From: Deinococcota bacterium
GTDB taxonomy: Bacteria > Deinococcota > Deinococci > Deinococcales > Thermaceae
NCBI GenBank assembly: GCA_041695225.1
Contig: JBGFRI010000033.1
Span: forward strand, 1 to 36,916
Length of the DNA stretch: 36,916 bases
Direction: 5' to 3'
Below, piece by piece: positions 9,626 to 19,178 of this stretch. A model generated the notes under the pieces. That model had not been told where the DNA came from. It searched no databases and saw only the letters and a program-made list of their open reading frames with translations. The translations under genes and the position numbers were made by a program. Positions within the stretch are counted from its first letter, which is position 1, and each line of letters starts with the position of its first letter.

Positions 9626-10120
9626 GTGCTAACACCAGAAGACCGCTTGACCGCTCTAGGCTTGATACTTCCTCAGCCGCTGAAACTGCCTCCAGGGGTC
9701 ACGCTTCCGTTTCCCTGGGTTCGTATCGTGGGATCACGGGCCATCATTTCCGGGCACGGTCCCACTCACGCCGATGGGAGTTTGGCAGAGCCGCTTGGCA
9801 AGGTCGGGCTGGATCTCACCGAAGACCAGGCCTATGTCGCAGCGCGCCTAACGGGGCTCGCCATTCTGGGCAGCCTGAAACGAGAGCTCGGCTCGCTTTC
9901 ACGCATCTCATGCTGGACGCGGGTCTTTGGAATGGTTAATTCTGCTCCGGGCTTTACTCGTCAGCCAGCAGTCATTAACGGGTTTACCGTTCTGATCGTG
10001 GATGTATTCGGGAAGGAACGCGGCGCCCACGCACGAAGTGCAGTTGGTCTGGCTGAGCTGCCCTTTCGCATCCCAGTAGAGATAGAAGCCGAGGTTGAGC
10101 TGGTGTCGCCCGATGGCTAA
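9626..10120 (+). CDS. RidA/YjgF family protein (cassette gene)
   Basis: ISGHGP, GKVG.DLT, HARSAVG.AELP..IPVEIEAEV motifs; GGAGG RBS; stop lies in R''. Confidence 0.9.
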   Translation: MLTPEDRLTALGLILPQPLKLPPGVTLPFPWVRIVGSRAIISGHGPTHADGSLAEPLGKVGLDLTEDQAYVAARLTGLAILGSLKRELGSLSRISCWTRVFGMVNSAPGFTRQPAVINGFTVLIVDVFGKERGAHARSAVGLAELPFRIPVEIEAEVELVSPDG

Positions 10121-10172
10121 CCATTCGCTCAACCAGCGCACCGCAAGGGGCCGGCTGGCTCAAACGTTCGGC
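10115..10172 (+). other. Degenerate attC site
   Basis: R'' GGCTAAC overlaps the stop; GCTCAACCAG...CCGGCTGGC pair imperfectly; R' variant GTTCGGC. Confidence 0.65.
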
Positions 10173-10400
10173 CTATACTATGCCCGACAGGCTGTTCAGT
10201 TTTGGTCGCCTTTCGTACAATGAACCCCATCGTAGGACGATGGAATCAATGAACGGTATGGTTCACGCCCTTCAAGGAATGTGTCTGAGGTTTAGTCAGA
10301 GCTACAGCAGTCGAGCCGCTCGGGCGCTAGGCCATTGATAAGCGCCATCTGCTGATTAGCCAGTTACAGAATCCCGGTATGCCCGCATACGTGGTCGAGT

Positions 10401-10525
10401 GTGACTCTGGCCGAGTCTGCCCAAAGCTGGCTTGAACGAGAAAGCACACGCCGGGCTACGAATACCCGGCGCAACTACACGACGGAAATCGGTTACATCC
10501 TGCCCTACCTGCCCTACCTGGGCAA
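10401..10525 (+). pseudogene. Remnant of a phage/ICE tyrosine integrase N-terminal core-binding domain
   Basis: TLAE.AQSWLE....R..NTRRNY..EI.YILP.LG resembles the SAM-like integrase domain; no catalytic domain; next to the tRNA 3' end. Confidence 0.6.
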
Positions 10526-10527
10526 TG

Positions 10528-10549
10528 GGTTGCTACACGGTTGCTACAT
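10528..10549. repeat. Tandem 11-bp repeat GGTTGCTACA(C/T), candidate integrase arm-type sites
   Basis: GGTTGCTACAC GGTTGCTACAT about 70 bp from the tRNA 3' end. Confidence 0.55.
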
Positions 10550-10621
10550 TTCGGCACAAAACGGCCAAACCCCCGACCATATAGATCGAGGGTTTGTACT
10601 GTTCTGCACCTTGTTTCTCGC

Positions 10622-10696
10622 TGGTGGGCGATGTAGGATTTGAACCTACGACCCCACGCGTGTGAAGCGTGTGCTCTCCCGCTGAGCTAATCGCCC
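10622..10696 (-). tRNA. tRNA-Val (anticodon CAC)
   Basis: GGGCGAT/ATCGCCC acceptor stem; anticodon arm CACGC-TTCACAC-GCGTG; GGTTCAAATCC T-arm; encoded CCA. Confidence 0.97.
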
Positions 10697-10730
10697 CAAC
10701 AGGCTGCCTGTTAGCGCAAGCGCACCCAAA

Positions 10731-10759
10731 AGGCTAACACCCAATCTGGGGAGTGTCAA
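10731..10759 (-). promoter_or_regulatory. Sigma70-like promoter for tRNA-Val
   Basis: TTGACA-17 bp-TAGCCT on the minus strand, about 35 bp upstream of the tRNA. Confidence 0.6.
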
Positions 10760-10790
10760 GCCAGATGTTTAAGGCGGGGCCGCTCTGGGT

Positions 10791-11549
10791 ATGATTGACA
10801 GCATGGAACAAGCCCTGCTGGTGAAAATCGGGGGTAGCCTTGGGGAAGCAGGCGAGCTGCTGGATGAGATAAGCGCCTACCCCGGCCAGGTGGTACTGGT
10901 ACATGGCGGCGGTCCCAGAATTGGCCAGTGGCTGAATCGGATGGGTTTCCAGACTCATTTCTACCAGGGGCTGCGGGTCACCCCCCCCGAGCAGATGGAG
11001 GTGGTGGAGATGGTGCTTACTACCCTGGGCAAACAACTGGCTTACGAGCTATCGCAGCGGGGGAGGCCCAGCCTGGCCCTTACCGGACGCGATGCTGGGC
11101 TGCTCGAGGCCGCCCGGTTAGACCCTGCACTGGGCCGGGTGGGCCAGGTAACCAGGGTTAATGCCGATACCTTGCACAGGCTGCTAGCCACAGAGCTGAC
11201 CCCTCTGATAGCCCCCATTGGACTAGACGAGCAGGGTCCCCTCAACATCAACGCCGATACCGCCGCCGGAGCCATTGCCGGGGCACTAGGACTACCGGCC
11301 ATCTTCCTGACCGATGTGGACGGGGTTCTGCGCGACCCCCAGGACCCTTTAAGTCGCTTTTCTAAGCTAAGCCAGTCAGAGGTACAAGCCCTGATAGAGG
11401 ACAAAACCATCTCCGGCGGCATGATTCCCAAGGCCCTGGCTGCCCTGAACGCACTGAACAAAGGAGCTACCTGGGCCTGCATTGCCAGAGGCTCCCCGGG
11501 CATCCTGCAAGCAGTTCTGCAAGGTACCCAGGGCACCCGCGTGGTTTGA
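10791..11549 (+). CDS. argB: Acetylglutamate kinase family (ArgB; the paralogue LysZ is not fully excluded)
   Basis: [31 protein letters not shown] and GGMIPK motifs. Confidence 0.85.
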   Translation: MIDSMEQALLVKIGGSLGEAGELLDEISAYPGQVVLVHGGGPRIGQWLNRMGFQTHFYQGLRVTPPEQMEVVEMVLTTLGKQLAYELSQRGRPSLALTGRDAGLLEAARLDPALGRVGQVTRVNADTLHRLLATELTPLIAPIGLDEQGPLNINADTAAGAIAGALGLPAIFLTDVDGVLRDPQDPLSRFSKLSQSEVQALIEDKTISGGMIPKALAALNALNKGATWACIARGSPGILQAVLQGTQGTRVV

Positions 11550-11584
11550 CTGCTCCCTGCAAGCAGTGTCACAATCACCCCATG

Positions 11585-11715
11585 GACTGGATAATGGCGT
11601 GGCTGGGGACGGGGGATGATTGATACAAGATGTCTAAGGTCGAAAGTCGAAGGTCGAAAGTCCAAGGTCGAAAGTCGAAAGTCGTTGGACCTTTGACCTT
11701 AGACCTTTGACATTT
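11585..11715 (+). repeat. Composite repeat: ~42-bp core motif plus GTCGAAA/GACCTTT heptamer hairpin, copy 1
   Basis: Inverted homologue at 20305-20400 with fewer heptamer units. Confidence 0.85.
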
Positions 11716-11747
11716 TTACGTGGCCGGGGACTGGTGATAATTAACTT

Positions 11748-12776
11748 ATGCGAGCAGTCCTGATGGAGTCCAGGGGCGGGCCAGAGGTTTTGCGGTACGG
11801 TGAAATTGCCGACCCGGGGTTAGACGCCGCTCAGGTGCGGGTGGCGGTGAGGGCGGTGGCGCTTAACCACCTCGATCTCTGGGTGCGTAAAGGAGTGGCC
11901 AGCCCCAAATTGCCGCTGCCGCATATCCTGGGCTGCGACATTTCCGGTGAGGTGGAGTCGGTAGGGGCCGGTGTCCAGGGGGTTAGCCCGGGCGATGCAG
12001 TGGTGATTAACCCCGGCATCTCATGCGGGCGCTGCGAGCGCTGCCTGGGAGGGCAGGACAATCTGTGCGGGCAGTATCAGATTCTTGGCGAGCACCGCTG
12101 GGGCGGATATGCCGAGCTGGTCACGGTTCCTGCTGCCAACCTGCTTCCCAAACCGGCCAGCCTGGGCTGGGCCGAGGCCGCCTCGCTGCCGCTGACCTTC
12201 CTGACCGCCTGGCAGATGGTGGTGGACAAACTCCAGGTAAAGCCCGGCGAGGATGTACTGGTCATGGCAGCAGGCTCGGGGGTCTCGGTGGCGGCTATTC
12301 AGATTGCCAAGCTCTACGGTGCAACCGTGATTGCCACCGCCGGCAGTGACGAGAAGCTGGCAAAAGCCCAGGCCCTGGGCGCAGACCAGGCAGTGAACTA
12401 CTCTCACCCCGACTGGTTCAAAGAGGTGCGACGGCTTACCGGGGGCAAGGGGGCCGATGCGGTGGTGGATCACACCGGGGCGCAGTACTGGGAAGGGGTA
12501 ATCAAGGCCACTGCCTGGGGTGGGCGCATCTGCCTGGTAGGGGCTTCTTCGGGTTACCAGGCTGCCACCCCACTCTCGCACGTTTTTTACCGCCAGCTTT
12601 CCATTTTTGGCTCAACCATGGCCTCCAAAAGCCGGCTTTGGCCTGTTTTGAAGTTTGTGGCCGAAGGTAAACTCAAACCCATTGTGGGGGCCACTTTACC
12701 CCTGGCGCGGGCTGCCGAGGCACACCGCATGCTGGAAGAGCGCCGGGTGTTCGGCAAGGTGGTGCTGGAGGTGTAA
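11748..12776 (+). CDS. Zinc-binding alcohol dehydrogenase / quinone oxidoreductase (MDR)
   Basis: CGRCERC...C structural Zn site, PHILGCD, AAGSGV, GKVVL. Confidence 0.92.
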   Translation: MRAVLMESRGGPEVLRYGEIADPGLDAAQVRVAVRAVALNHLDLWVRKGVASPKLPLPHILGCDISGEVESVGAGVQGVSPGDAVVINPGISCGRCERCLGGQDNLCGQYQILGEHRWGGYAELVTVPAANLLPKPASLGWAEAASLPLTFLTAWQMVVDKLQVKPGEDVLVMAAGSGVSVAAIQIAKLYGATVIATAGSDEKLAKAQALGADQAVNYSHPDWFKEVRRLTGGKGADAVVDHTGAQYWEGVIKATAWGGRICLVGASSGYQAATPLSHVFYRQLSIFGSTMASKSRLWPVLKFVAEGKLKPIVGATLPLARAAEAHRMLEERRVFGKVVLEV

Positions 12777-12961
12777 TGCTGCACGAGGCTAACAAGGTTG
12801 GGCCAGACGCTTGGAAATTACCGCACAATGTCGCATGATGTAGAGCGCAGAGCCAGGGGTGGCCCTGTTTGGATGTAGCAACGGCCGCTCGGAAGGGCCG
12901 GGGTAGTAGATGGGGTTTTCTAGATGTACTATACACATCTAGCCCTGCGGACAGCCCCGCC

Positions 12962-13047
12962 GCCAGGGGGTGCGCGTAGCGCATGGAGTGGGTGATGCAT
13001 AGTCGAGGATCTGGAGTGATTAACCGATACCCGCTATGCGAGTAACC
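12962..13047 (+). repeat. 86-87-bp dispersed repeat, copy 1
   Basis: Near-identical to 16001-16087 (3 substitutions, 1 indel). Confidence 0.9.
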
Positions 13048-13074
13048 CAAGAACAGGAAGTGAGACAGAAAACG

Positions 13075-13644
13075 ATGAAGACGGCCTTGTTTATTGACGG
13101 TTCGTATGTGTATGACGCGGCTAAGCGCTTAGGGTGGAATATAGATCACCGAAAGGCGATTGGGGTTTTTGCCCGGCCCGAAGATCTGTACAACGCCTTT
13201 TATTATGCACCCGTCACCGACGCTAACGACGAGCGCCAGCAAAAATTTCTCGATGCGCTGGTGTTTATGGGCTACACCGTGCGCAGCCGGGAGGCCCACG
13301 GCGACCCCCGCTTTGAGGCCATGATCGCCACCGATCTGCTGGTAACGGCGCCCCGTTGGGAGCGGGCGGTGGTGGCCAGTGGTTCGGGCGACCTGGCCCA
13401 TACCCTGTCGGCCTTGCAGGCCCAGGGCAAGGAGATTCACCTGCTGGGCGTGCCCGAGCTGACCGACCTCGAGCTGCGTAACCAGAGTGACCGCTACCTG
13501 GACTTGCGCGAATTACAGCCCCAGCTCGAGCGCACCGGCGGCGGGCGGCGGACCTATACCAGCGCCGGCGAAGAGGGCCCCGACACCGAGGCCCAGCCTG
13601 GCGTTGCCCGGCGGCTGATGGAAGACCTCGAGGACGAGCTCTAG
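13075..13644 (+). CDS. NYN domain (LabA/DUF88) protein
   Basis: ALFIDGSY, AFYY and VASGSGDL...L...GK motifs. Confidence 0.85.
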   Translation: MKTALFIDGSYVYDAAKRLGWNIDHRKAIGVFARPEDLYNAFYYAPVTDANDERQQKFLDALVFMGYTVRSREAHGDPRFEAMIATDLLVTAPRWERAVVASGSGDLAHTLSALQAQGKEIHLLGVPELTDLELRNQSDRYLDLRELQPQLERTGGGRRTYTSAGEEGPDTEAQPGVARRLMEDLEDEL

Positions 13645-13916
13645 TAGCTTGCCAGGCAGCTTCAATACGGGCCTCTACCCTCGAGTGGGGTTTGAATGGT
13701 CGCTGATCTCACCATCTGACCCGTTCTTTGATTTAGCCTGAAGGGCGGCGCTGGCCAAGGCTACACCGGCAGCCCCTTTCCCCAAGCGAGCAGTTGGCCA
13801 GCCCCCGAACCGGCCAGACGGTTTTCGCGCCGAGTATGGGCTATTCCGAGGGGGGCTCTGGTACTAGTAATCCTGAAGCCTATTTTTTGGTATCTACTGG
13901 CGCAAACTAAACAGGA

Positions 13917-14948
13917 TTGCTCAGACCACCCACCCAAATGTCTTTACTGCACTCTCAACCAAGGCGCTTTGCCCCTGCGATGCCCAGGCCCAGGAGCCAG
14001 GGGTGGGGCGGCGTGGCCCTCGTGGTGCTGGGGTTTATCCTGCTGCTCAGCTGGCCCCTGCCTGTCGAGGTTCCCGCGAGTCCCACCCTGCGCCAGACCT
14101 GGAGCCATCTGGAACCCGCCCGCCGCGAAGCGCTGGTGCGGAGTTTTCTCCAGACCAAATCCTCTGCCCAGATCGTCCTGGGACCCGCCGCCGCCCAGGC
14201 CGTTGCCCGGCTGCTACGGGCCGAGTTCCGCAACCAGGTGCGGCGTCAGCCTGCCAGCTTCGATAGCCCCGAGGCGGCCCTGGCCTCGGCCCAGCGGTGG
14301 CTGGTTGCCATTCGTGCCCTGAAGGAGGGCCGCACCCCCAGCCTGCACCAACTGCCAATTGAACCGGCCCACGTACTGCCCCACCGGCTCGAGGTGCAAA
14401 AAGCAGCGCAGGCCCTTGGCATTCCCAAAGGAATTCTGGCTGCCATTGTGGACAATGAACAGATGGGGGGCGACATGGTATTTGGGTTTGCCCGCGAGGT
14501 ACGCCAGGCAGCCGATACTCTGGCGGCAGAGCTGGCCCAGAACCTGGGTGACTCGGGGGGCGCCGGGCTGGTCTCCCAGACTGTCGGCCTGGCTCAGATG
14601 TCCTGGCGGGATGCCGTGAAACAAGAAGCCCGTCTGCGCCGTTTTGCCGCCTGGGATCCGGCCCAACCCTTCCCCGCCAGCGAGGCCCAGGCCCGGGCGG
14701 CCCTCGACAACCCCTACCTGAACCTGCTCTTTACCGCCAGCCGGCTGCGGGGCTACCTCAATCACAGTCTGGGGCTTTCTCCCAGCGACACCCGCCGCCT
14801 TTGGGGTTACTGGCTGTTTTATCTGGGCCCGGCCTGGCACAACTGGCCCCCTGGAGCCGATGCCTACGCTACCTGGCCCTATGCCTTTCAGGGGTTCTTC
14901 AAAGGGCTGTTCTACCAGACCCTGCTATCGGCCGACCCTTCCGGCTAG
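13917..14948 (+). CDS. Hypothetical membrane-anchored protein, possible lysozyme/transglycosylase-like fold
   Basis: N-terminal TM; ILAAIVDNE...VGLAQM...L.NP..N pattern; start uncertain. Confidence 0.65.
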   Translation: MLRPPTQMSLLHSQPRRFAPAMPRPRSQGWGGVALVVLGFILLLSWPLPVEVPASPTLRQTWSHLEPARREALVRSFLQTKSSAQIVLGPAAAQAVARLLRAEFRNQVRRQPASFDSPEAALASAQRWLVAIRALKEGRTPSLHQLPIEPAHVLPHRLEVQKAAQALGIPKGILAAIVDNEQMGGDMVFGFAREVRQAADTLAAELAQNLGDSGGAGLVSQTVGLAQMSWRDAVKQEARLRRFAAWDPAQPFPASEAQARAALDNPYLNLLFTASRLRGYLNHSLGLSPSDTRRLWGYWLFYLGPAWHNWPPGADAYATWPYAFQGFFKGLFYQTLLSADPSG

Positions 14949-15232
14949 GACCATTCCTTGATGGGAACCAGCTCGCCCCCTTCCACTATTTTGCGTTTGG
15001 GACGGTAAGACTTGTCGAACCAGATCTCCAGCACGGCCCGGTCCAGGTGCTCTGAGGAGACAATGATCTTGCGCACGTAATAGCCCCCCTCGTCGGAGCT
15101 CGAGATTTCGTTGCCCTTAGTCAGGCGCAGGTCCACCAGATCGCCGCTGCGAGAGGTGCGCACCCGTACCCGGAAGGCCGCATCGCCGTCGCGCTGCACG
15201 TGCTCATCGGGCTTACCAAACAGACCAAACAT
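14945..15232 (-). CDS. Conserved hypothetical protein
   Basis: 95 aa, host-like codon usage, convergent overlap with the previous gene. Confidence 0.75.
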   Translation of the reverse strand: MFGLFGKPDEHVQRDGDAAFRVRVRTSRSGDLVDLRLTKGNEISSSDEGGYYVRKIIVSSEHLDRAVLEIWFDKSYRPKRKIVEGGELVPIKEWS

Positions 15233-15247
15233 ACTACTAGATTAGTC

Positions 15248-15277
15248 TATAGCCAATAGCTAATAGCCGATAGCCGA
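15248..15277. repeat. TAGC(C/T)(G/A)A heptamer tandem array
   Basis: tagccaa tagctaa tagccga tagccga. Confidence 0.75.
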
Positions 15278-15432
15278 GCATTTCAGACTTAGATAGCTGG
15301 AGGCCAGTTGAATGGGGCAAAACCGGGCGCTGCCCTGCCTGTGCCGAGCCCGTCCATGGGAACTTTTTGGGCCTCGGACCTGCCATCACAAAACAAGATA
15401 GCACCAGGACCGCCATGCCTGCCTGCTGCGCT

Positions 15433-15906
15433 TCAGGTAACCTGCAGTAAGTGGCCCCCGGTCAGGGCGAGCAGCTCGTCGGGTGTGAGCTCAAACACCG
15501 CATAGGGCGTTCCCGCAGCAGCAAAAACCCTCTGGTATTGCAGCAGATCGGGGTCAATAAGCGTTTCCAGATACTGCTCATGTCCCACGGGCGGTACCCC
15601 CCCGATAGCGAAGCCGGTTATGCCGCGCACATATTCGGCGTCGGCTTTGGCCAGCCTTTCCCCCAGGCGCTCTTCGAGCTGGCGGGTGTTTACCCGGTTG
15701 CTCCCCGATACCAAAAGCAGATAGGGCTGCCCACTGCTTGCCCCCCGAAAAATCAGAGATTTAACGATCTGGCCCACGGAACAGCCCACCGCCTCGGCGG
15801 CCTCCTGGGCGGTGCGGGTAGAGGAGGGCAGCTTTAGCACTTGCAGATGTGCAAACCCTCTTTCGTTCAAGGCATCCTGTACTTTTTGGGCGCTAGGGCT
15901 CAGCAC
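15433..15906 (-). CDS. YbaK/EbsC aminoacyl-tRNA deacylase family
   Basis: TRTAQEAA, QIVKSLIF, TGFAIGGVPPVGH and AAGTP motifs. Confidence 0.92.
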   Translation of the reverse strand: MLSPSAQKVQDALNERGFAHLQVLKLPSSTRTAQEAAEAVGCSVGQIVKSLIFRGASSGQPYLLLVSGSNRVNTRQLEERLGERLAKADAEYVRGITGFAIGGVPPVGHEQYLETLIDPDLLQYQRVFAAAGTPYAVFELTPDELLALTGGHLLQVT

Positions 15907-16000
15907 TCAGTACTCCTTAGTATTGCGAAAACCGCAACAGATAGCCGTCGGGGCTTTGTATTAGCTTGTCTGACTCGCCTGCTTGCTGGCGACCTAACCA

Positions 16001-16087
16001 GCCAGGGGGTGCGCGCAGCGCATGGAGTGGGTGATGCAGTAGTCGAGGATTTGGAGTGATTAACCGATACTCGCTATGCGAGTAACC
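16001..16087 (+). repeat. 86-87-bp dispersed repeat, copy 2
   Basis: Direct copy of 12962-13047. Confidence 0.9.
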
Positions 16088-16152
16088 TAGCCACTGCTCC
16101 TTAATCGGGCAGTAAAGCGGATAGGAGATACCAGGAAGGGCGTTGAGTTGCA

Positions 16153-17283
16153 TTACCGACCTCTGCCCCCGGATAGCTCGTCCAGAATTCCACAGAGCAG
16201 GGCAATTCGGGCCGGGATTTGCGGGATATATACATGCTCGCAAAGCTGGTGGGCAGCATCGCCAAACAAACCCAGTCCGTCCAGGGTGGGCACGCCCAGG
16301 GCGGCGGTAAAGTTGCCATCCGAGCCGCCGCCCACCCGTCCGGGGCCCAACTCTAGCCCTACCTCGGCGCCGATGCGCCGGGCCATCGCAAAAAGTTCCA
16401 GCGAGGCCGGGCTGGGCTCCATGGGGGGGCGGTTCAGGCCGCCCTCAACCGAGAGGCTGGCTCCTGGCAGTACTGGTTGCAGGGCCCCCAGAGCGTCTTC
16501 CACGCGCTCGGCTTCGGCCGTGGTCCAGACCCGGAGATCTATATCCACCGTGGCCAGGGCCGCCACCACATTGCTGGCAGTACCACCTTTAATGACGTTA
16601 GGGCCAAGGGTAGTGCCTTTTTCCCAGTCCTGCAAGGCCACAATTCTAGGAATCTGGTGCGAAAGCTCGACAATTGCATTGACGCCCTTCTCAGGCTCCA
16701 CTCCCTGATGGGCCGGCCTGCCGTGGGCGGTAAGCCGGTACTGGCCCACCCCCTTGCGCGCCACTTTGAGGTCGCCGTTGCCCATCGGGGCCTCCAAGAC
16801 CAGGGCCAGGTCGTGGCGCAGGGCCGCGCTTTCGATGGCCTGGCGGCTTTGCTTCGAGCCGGTCTCTTCATCGGGGGTAAAGAGTAGCTCTAGCTCCGGC
16901 AGCCCCAGTCCCAGGGCCTGGCTGGTACGCAGGGCCCAGAGCAGCTGCACGATGCTGCCCTTCATGTCGTAGACGCCAGGCCCGTAAGCCCGCTCACCCT
17001 CGATCCTCCAGGGCGGCGCAAATGCGCCCACGGGGTGTACGGTATCGAAATGGCACAGCACCAGAACCTTCTTACCCGAGCCCTGCTTCAAGACCCGGAT
17101 TATCGGTCCACTCGGGGTGTCCGTGCGCTCCACCACGCCTAAGGGCCCAAATTGCTGCAAAATCCAGTGGGCTACCTGGTCGAGCCCCTTCAGGTCGGAC
17201 GACGGGGATTCACGGGTAACGATGGCCTCGAGGTCTTGCAGAACAGCAGGTAGCCGGGCTTGAAGGTAGTCCAGTGGCTTCAC
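16153..17283 (-). CDS. M20 metallopeptidase (glutamate carboxypeptidase G2-like)
   Basis: HFDTV, GPGVYDMKG, DEETGS, GGSDGNF and DGLG motifs. Confidence 0.92.
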   Translation of the reverse strand: MKPLDYLQARLPAVLQDLEAIVTRESPSSDLKGLDQVAHWILQQFGPLGVVERTDTPSGPIIRVLKQGSGKKVLVLCHFDTVHPVGAFAPPWRIEGERAYGPGVYDMKGSIVQLLWALRTSQALGLGLPELELLFTPDEETGSKQSRQAIESAALRHDLALVLEAPMGNGDLKVARKGVGQYRLTAHGRPAHQGVEPEKGVNAIVELSHQIPRIVALQDWEKGTTLGPNVIKGGTASNVVAALATVDIDLRVWTTAEAERVEDALGALQPVLPGASLSVEGGLNRPPMEPSPASLELFAMARRIGAEVGLELGPGRVGGGSDGNFTAALGVPTLDGLGLFGDAAHQLCEHVYIPQIPARIALLCGILDELSGGRGR

Positions 17284-17500
17284 AGGCCCATACTAACGCC
17301 CCAGACAGGCTGGCGTGAACCGGCAGCACTGGTCCCGGCCAAGCCTTTGCGGCCAGTGATACCAGCACAACCACCGCTAACATCATCTCCTCCGGGTTAC
17401 TGCGGCCCTCTAGCGGGGGGTAAGGCGGCAACACCCGGCCAGTGTTGACTTCCGATACGTTCTCGGTTACGCGAGATTTCACAGTCTTGTTGCGCAGGCG

Positions 17501-18019
17501 CTAAGTATGGTCTGGTGAAGGTGATCTACCATCCCACTCCAGCACAATGCCCTGGGCTTGGAGGGTACGAGTGAGGTGGTTTTGGTGCTGGCCCAGTCGG
17601 TTGATCAGGCCGTGCAGGGTCTGGGTAGCCAGGAGGGCTTCGTACAGGTGGATGTAACCCGCATCTACCGCCTCAAACAGCTCGTGGGTATCCAGCAGGG
17701 TGAGGGTCTGGTTGTGGGCTATGCCCAGATCGAGATACAGGTCCTTGACCCTCAGAACAGGCCCCTCCCGCTCAGCCTTCACGATGTCAATATAAAACTC
17801 GAAGGGGCTATCGCCATGGTGGGTGGTGAACTGGCAAATTTGCAGGTGTTGTTCGGGCAGAATATGGGCCTTCCAGTACCGCACACGCGGATGTCCCACA
17901 AAGGCCCGTTCGACATAGACCCCGTGGCTGTGCTCCAGGTACAGCGCCACCGGAAAGGTGCCGGCCTTAACGGTATGGGTTTTGGCGGCCAGATCGTGGG
18001 TCTCAACCTTGAGGCGCAT
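17501..18019 (-). CDS. DUF402 domain protein
   Basis: YIDIV, DLYLDL and LLDTHEL..A motifs. Confidence 0.8.
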   Translation of the reverse strand: MRLKVETHDLAAKTHTVKAGTFPVALYLEHSHGVYVERAFVGHPRVRYWKAHILPEQHLQICQFTTHHGDSPFEFYIDIVKAEREGPVLRVKDLYLDLGIAHNQTLTLLDTHELFEAVDAGYIHLYEALLATQTLHGLINRLGQHQNHLTRTLQAQGIVLEWDGRSPSPDHT

Positions 18020-18213
18020 GGATAAGTTTATAGCCGATAGTCAATAGTCGATAGTCGATAGTCGATAGCTATCTTATCCTCTGCTATAGGCTATTAGCTA
18101 TCAGCTATTAGCCTGGCTGCACATAGGTCAGCCAGGCGTGGTATCTGGGGTTTTGGCCCTGCACTGCGTCCATGTAGGCGGCCCTGAGTTTGAGGGTGTG
18201 TTCGCCGGCCTGG
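18016..18213. repeat. Duplicated segment (ilvE 3' end + heptamer hairpin + next start codon), copy 1
   Basis: Direct repeat of 19179-19362. Confidence 0.9.
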
Positions 18214-19073
18214 CCACTGCCGATTGCCCGGTGGTCGAGGTACGAGATGGGTGTGACCTCGGCGGCAGTTCCGACCATGAACATCTCGTCGGCCATGTAG
18301 AGCTGGTCGCGGGTGGCCCGCACCTCGAGTACCTCGTAGCCCATATCCCGGGCAATGGTTATCACCGAGTCGCGAGTGATGCCCATCAGGTTTACCGAGT
18401 GCTCGATAGCGTAGAGGGTCCGGCCCCGCAGGAAGAAGATGTTCTCACCCGAACCCTCGGCCACGTAACCTTCCTTGTCCAGCAGCAGGGCTTCATCGGC
18501 CCCGGCCTGCTGGGCCTCGATGCGGGCCAGGGCGCTGTTGACATAGTTACCCCCTACCTTGGCCTTGCCGGGCATAACGTTGGCGGGGAAACGGGCCCAG
18601 GACGAAGTAATCAGCCTGGCCCCCTTGCGCACCGCCTCGTCGCCCAGGTAGGTGCCCCAGTCCCAGGCCGCCACCATCACCAGGGCGGGGTTGTTGGGCA
18701 GGGGGTTTACCCCCAGGGTGTGGGCGCCCATCCAGGCCAGCGGGCGAATATAGCAGTTCTGATAGCTGTTTTCGCGGATTACCTGCTGTATGGCCTGGCC
18801 CACCTGCTCGGGGGTGAAGGGCATCTCGAACATCATCACCTTTGCGCTGTGGAAGAAGCGCTCGAGGTGTTCTGGCAGCCGAAAGACCGCGGGGCCGCCG
18901 GGGGTCTGGTAGGCCCGGATGCCCTCGAAAATGCTGGTGCCGTAGTGCAGGGCGTGGGACAGTACCGAGACCCTGGCTTCTTCCTGGGGCAGCATCTGCC
19001 CGTTGAACCAGATCAGCCCGGCTCTGATCTTGCTGTCGCCGCCGATACTCTTGGGCTTGGTTTCCGTTGCCAT
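18108..19073 (-). CDS. ilvE: Branched-chain amino acid aminotransferase
   Basis: HALHYGTSIFEGIRAY, KAKVGGNY, EGSGENIF and GTAAEVTP motifs; GGAGGA RBS before ATG 19073. Confidence 0.95.
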   Translation of the reverse strand: MATETKPKSIGGDSKIRAGLIWFNGQMLPQEEARVSVLSHALHYGTSIFEGIRAYQTPGGPAVFRLPEHLERFFHSAKVMMFEMPFTPEQVGQAIQQVIRENSYQNCYIRPLAWMGAHTLGVNPLPNNPALVMVAAWDWGTYLGDEAVRKGARLITSSWARFPANVMPGKAKVGGNYVNSALARIEAQQAGADEALLLDKEGYVAEGSGENIFFLRGRTLYAIEHSVNLMGITRDSVITIARDMGYEVLEVRATRDQLYMADEMFMVGTAAEVTPISYLDHRAIGSGQAGEHTLKLRAAYMDAVQGQNPRYHAWLTYVQPG

Positions 19074-19178
19074 GGTCTCCTCCAAATCTAAAGCACTGTA
19101 CTTCTGGTGGGTCTGGGGTGCAATCGTCCCGGTGCGAAAGGGCCAAAAGAGTTGTCGCGATTGAAGCTGCTACAGGGT

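Noticed and set aside
10401..10643. ORF as a functional or integron integrase
   Set aside because: Only about 40 codons look integrase-like; there are no catalytic R-H-R-Y motifs or IntI-specific insertion, and the ORF tail runs into the tRNA.
11632..11711. Heptamer arrays or dispersed repeats as a CRISPR array
   Set aside because: There are no constant repeats separated by unique, similar-length spacers, and no cas genes.
12920..12942. CTAGATGT-N7-ACATCTAG inverted repeat as an operator or element end
   Set aside because: Single occurrence with no regulator or second copy to link it to; function unsupported.
15300..15420. Possible frameshifted fragment of an exported redoxin-like gene (minus strand)
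   Set aside because: Too short and degenerate to support without a search.
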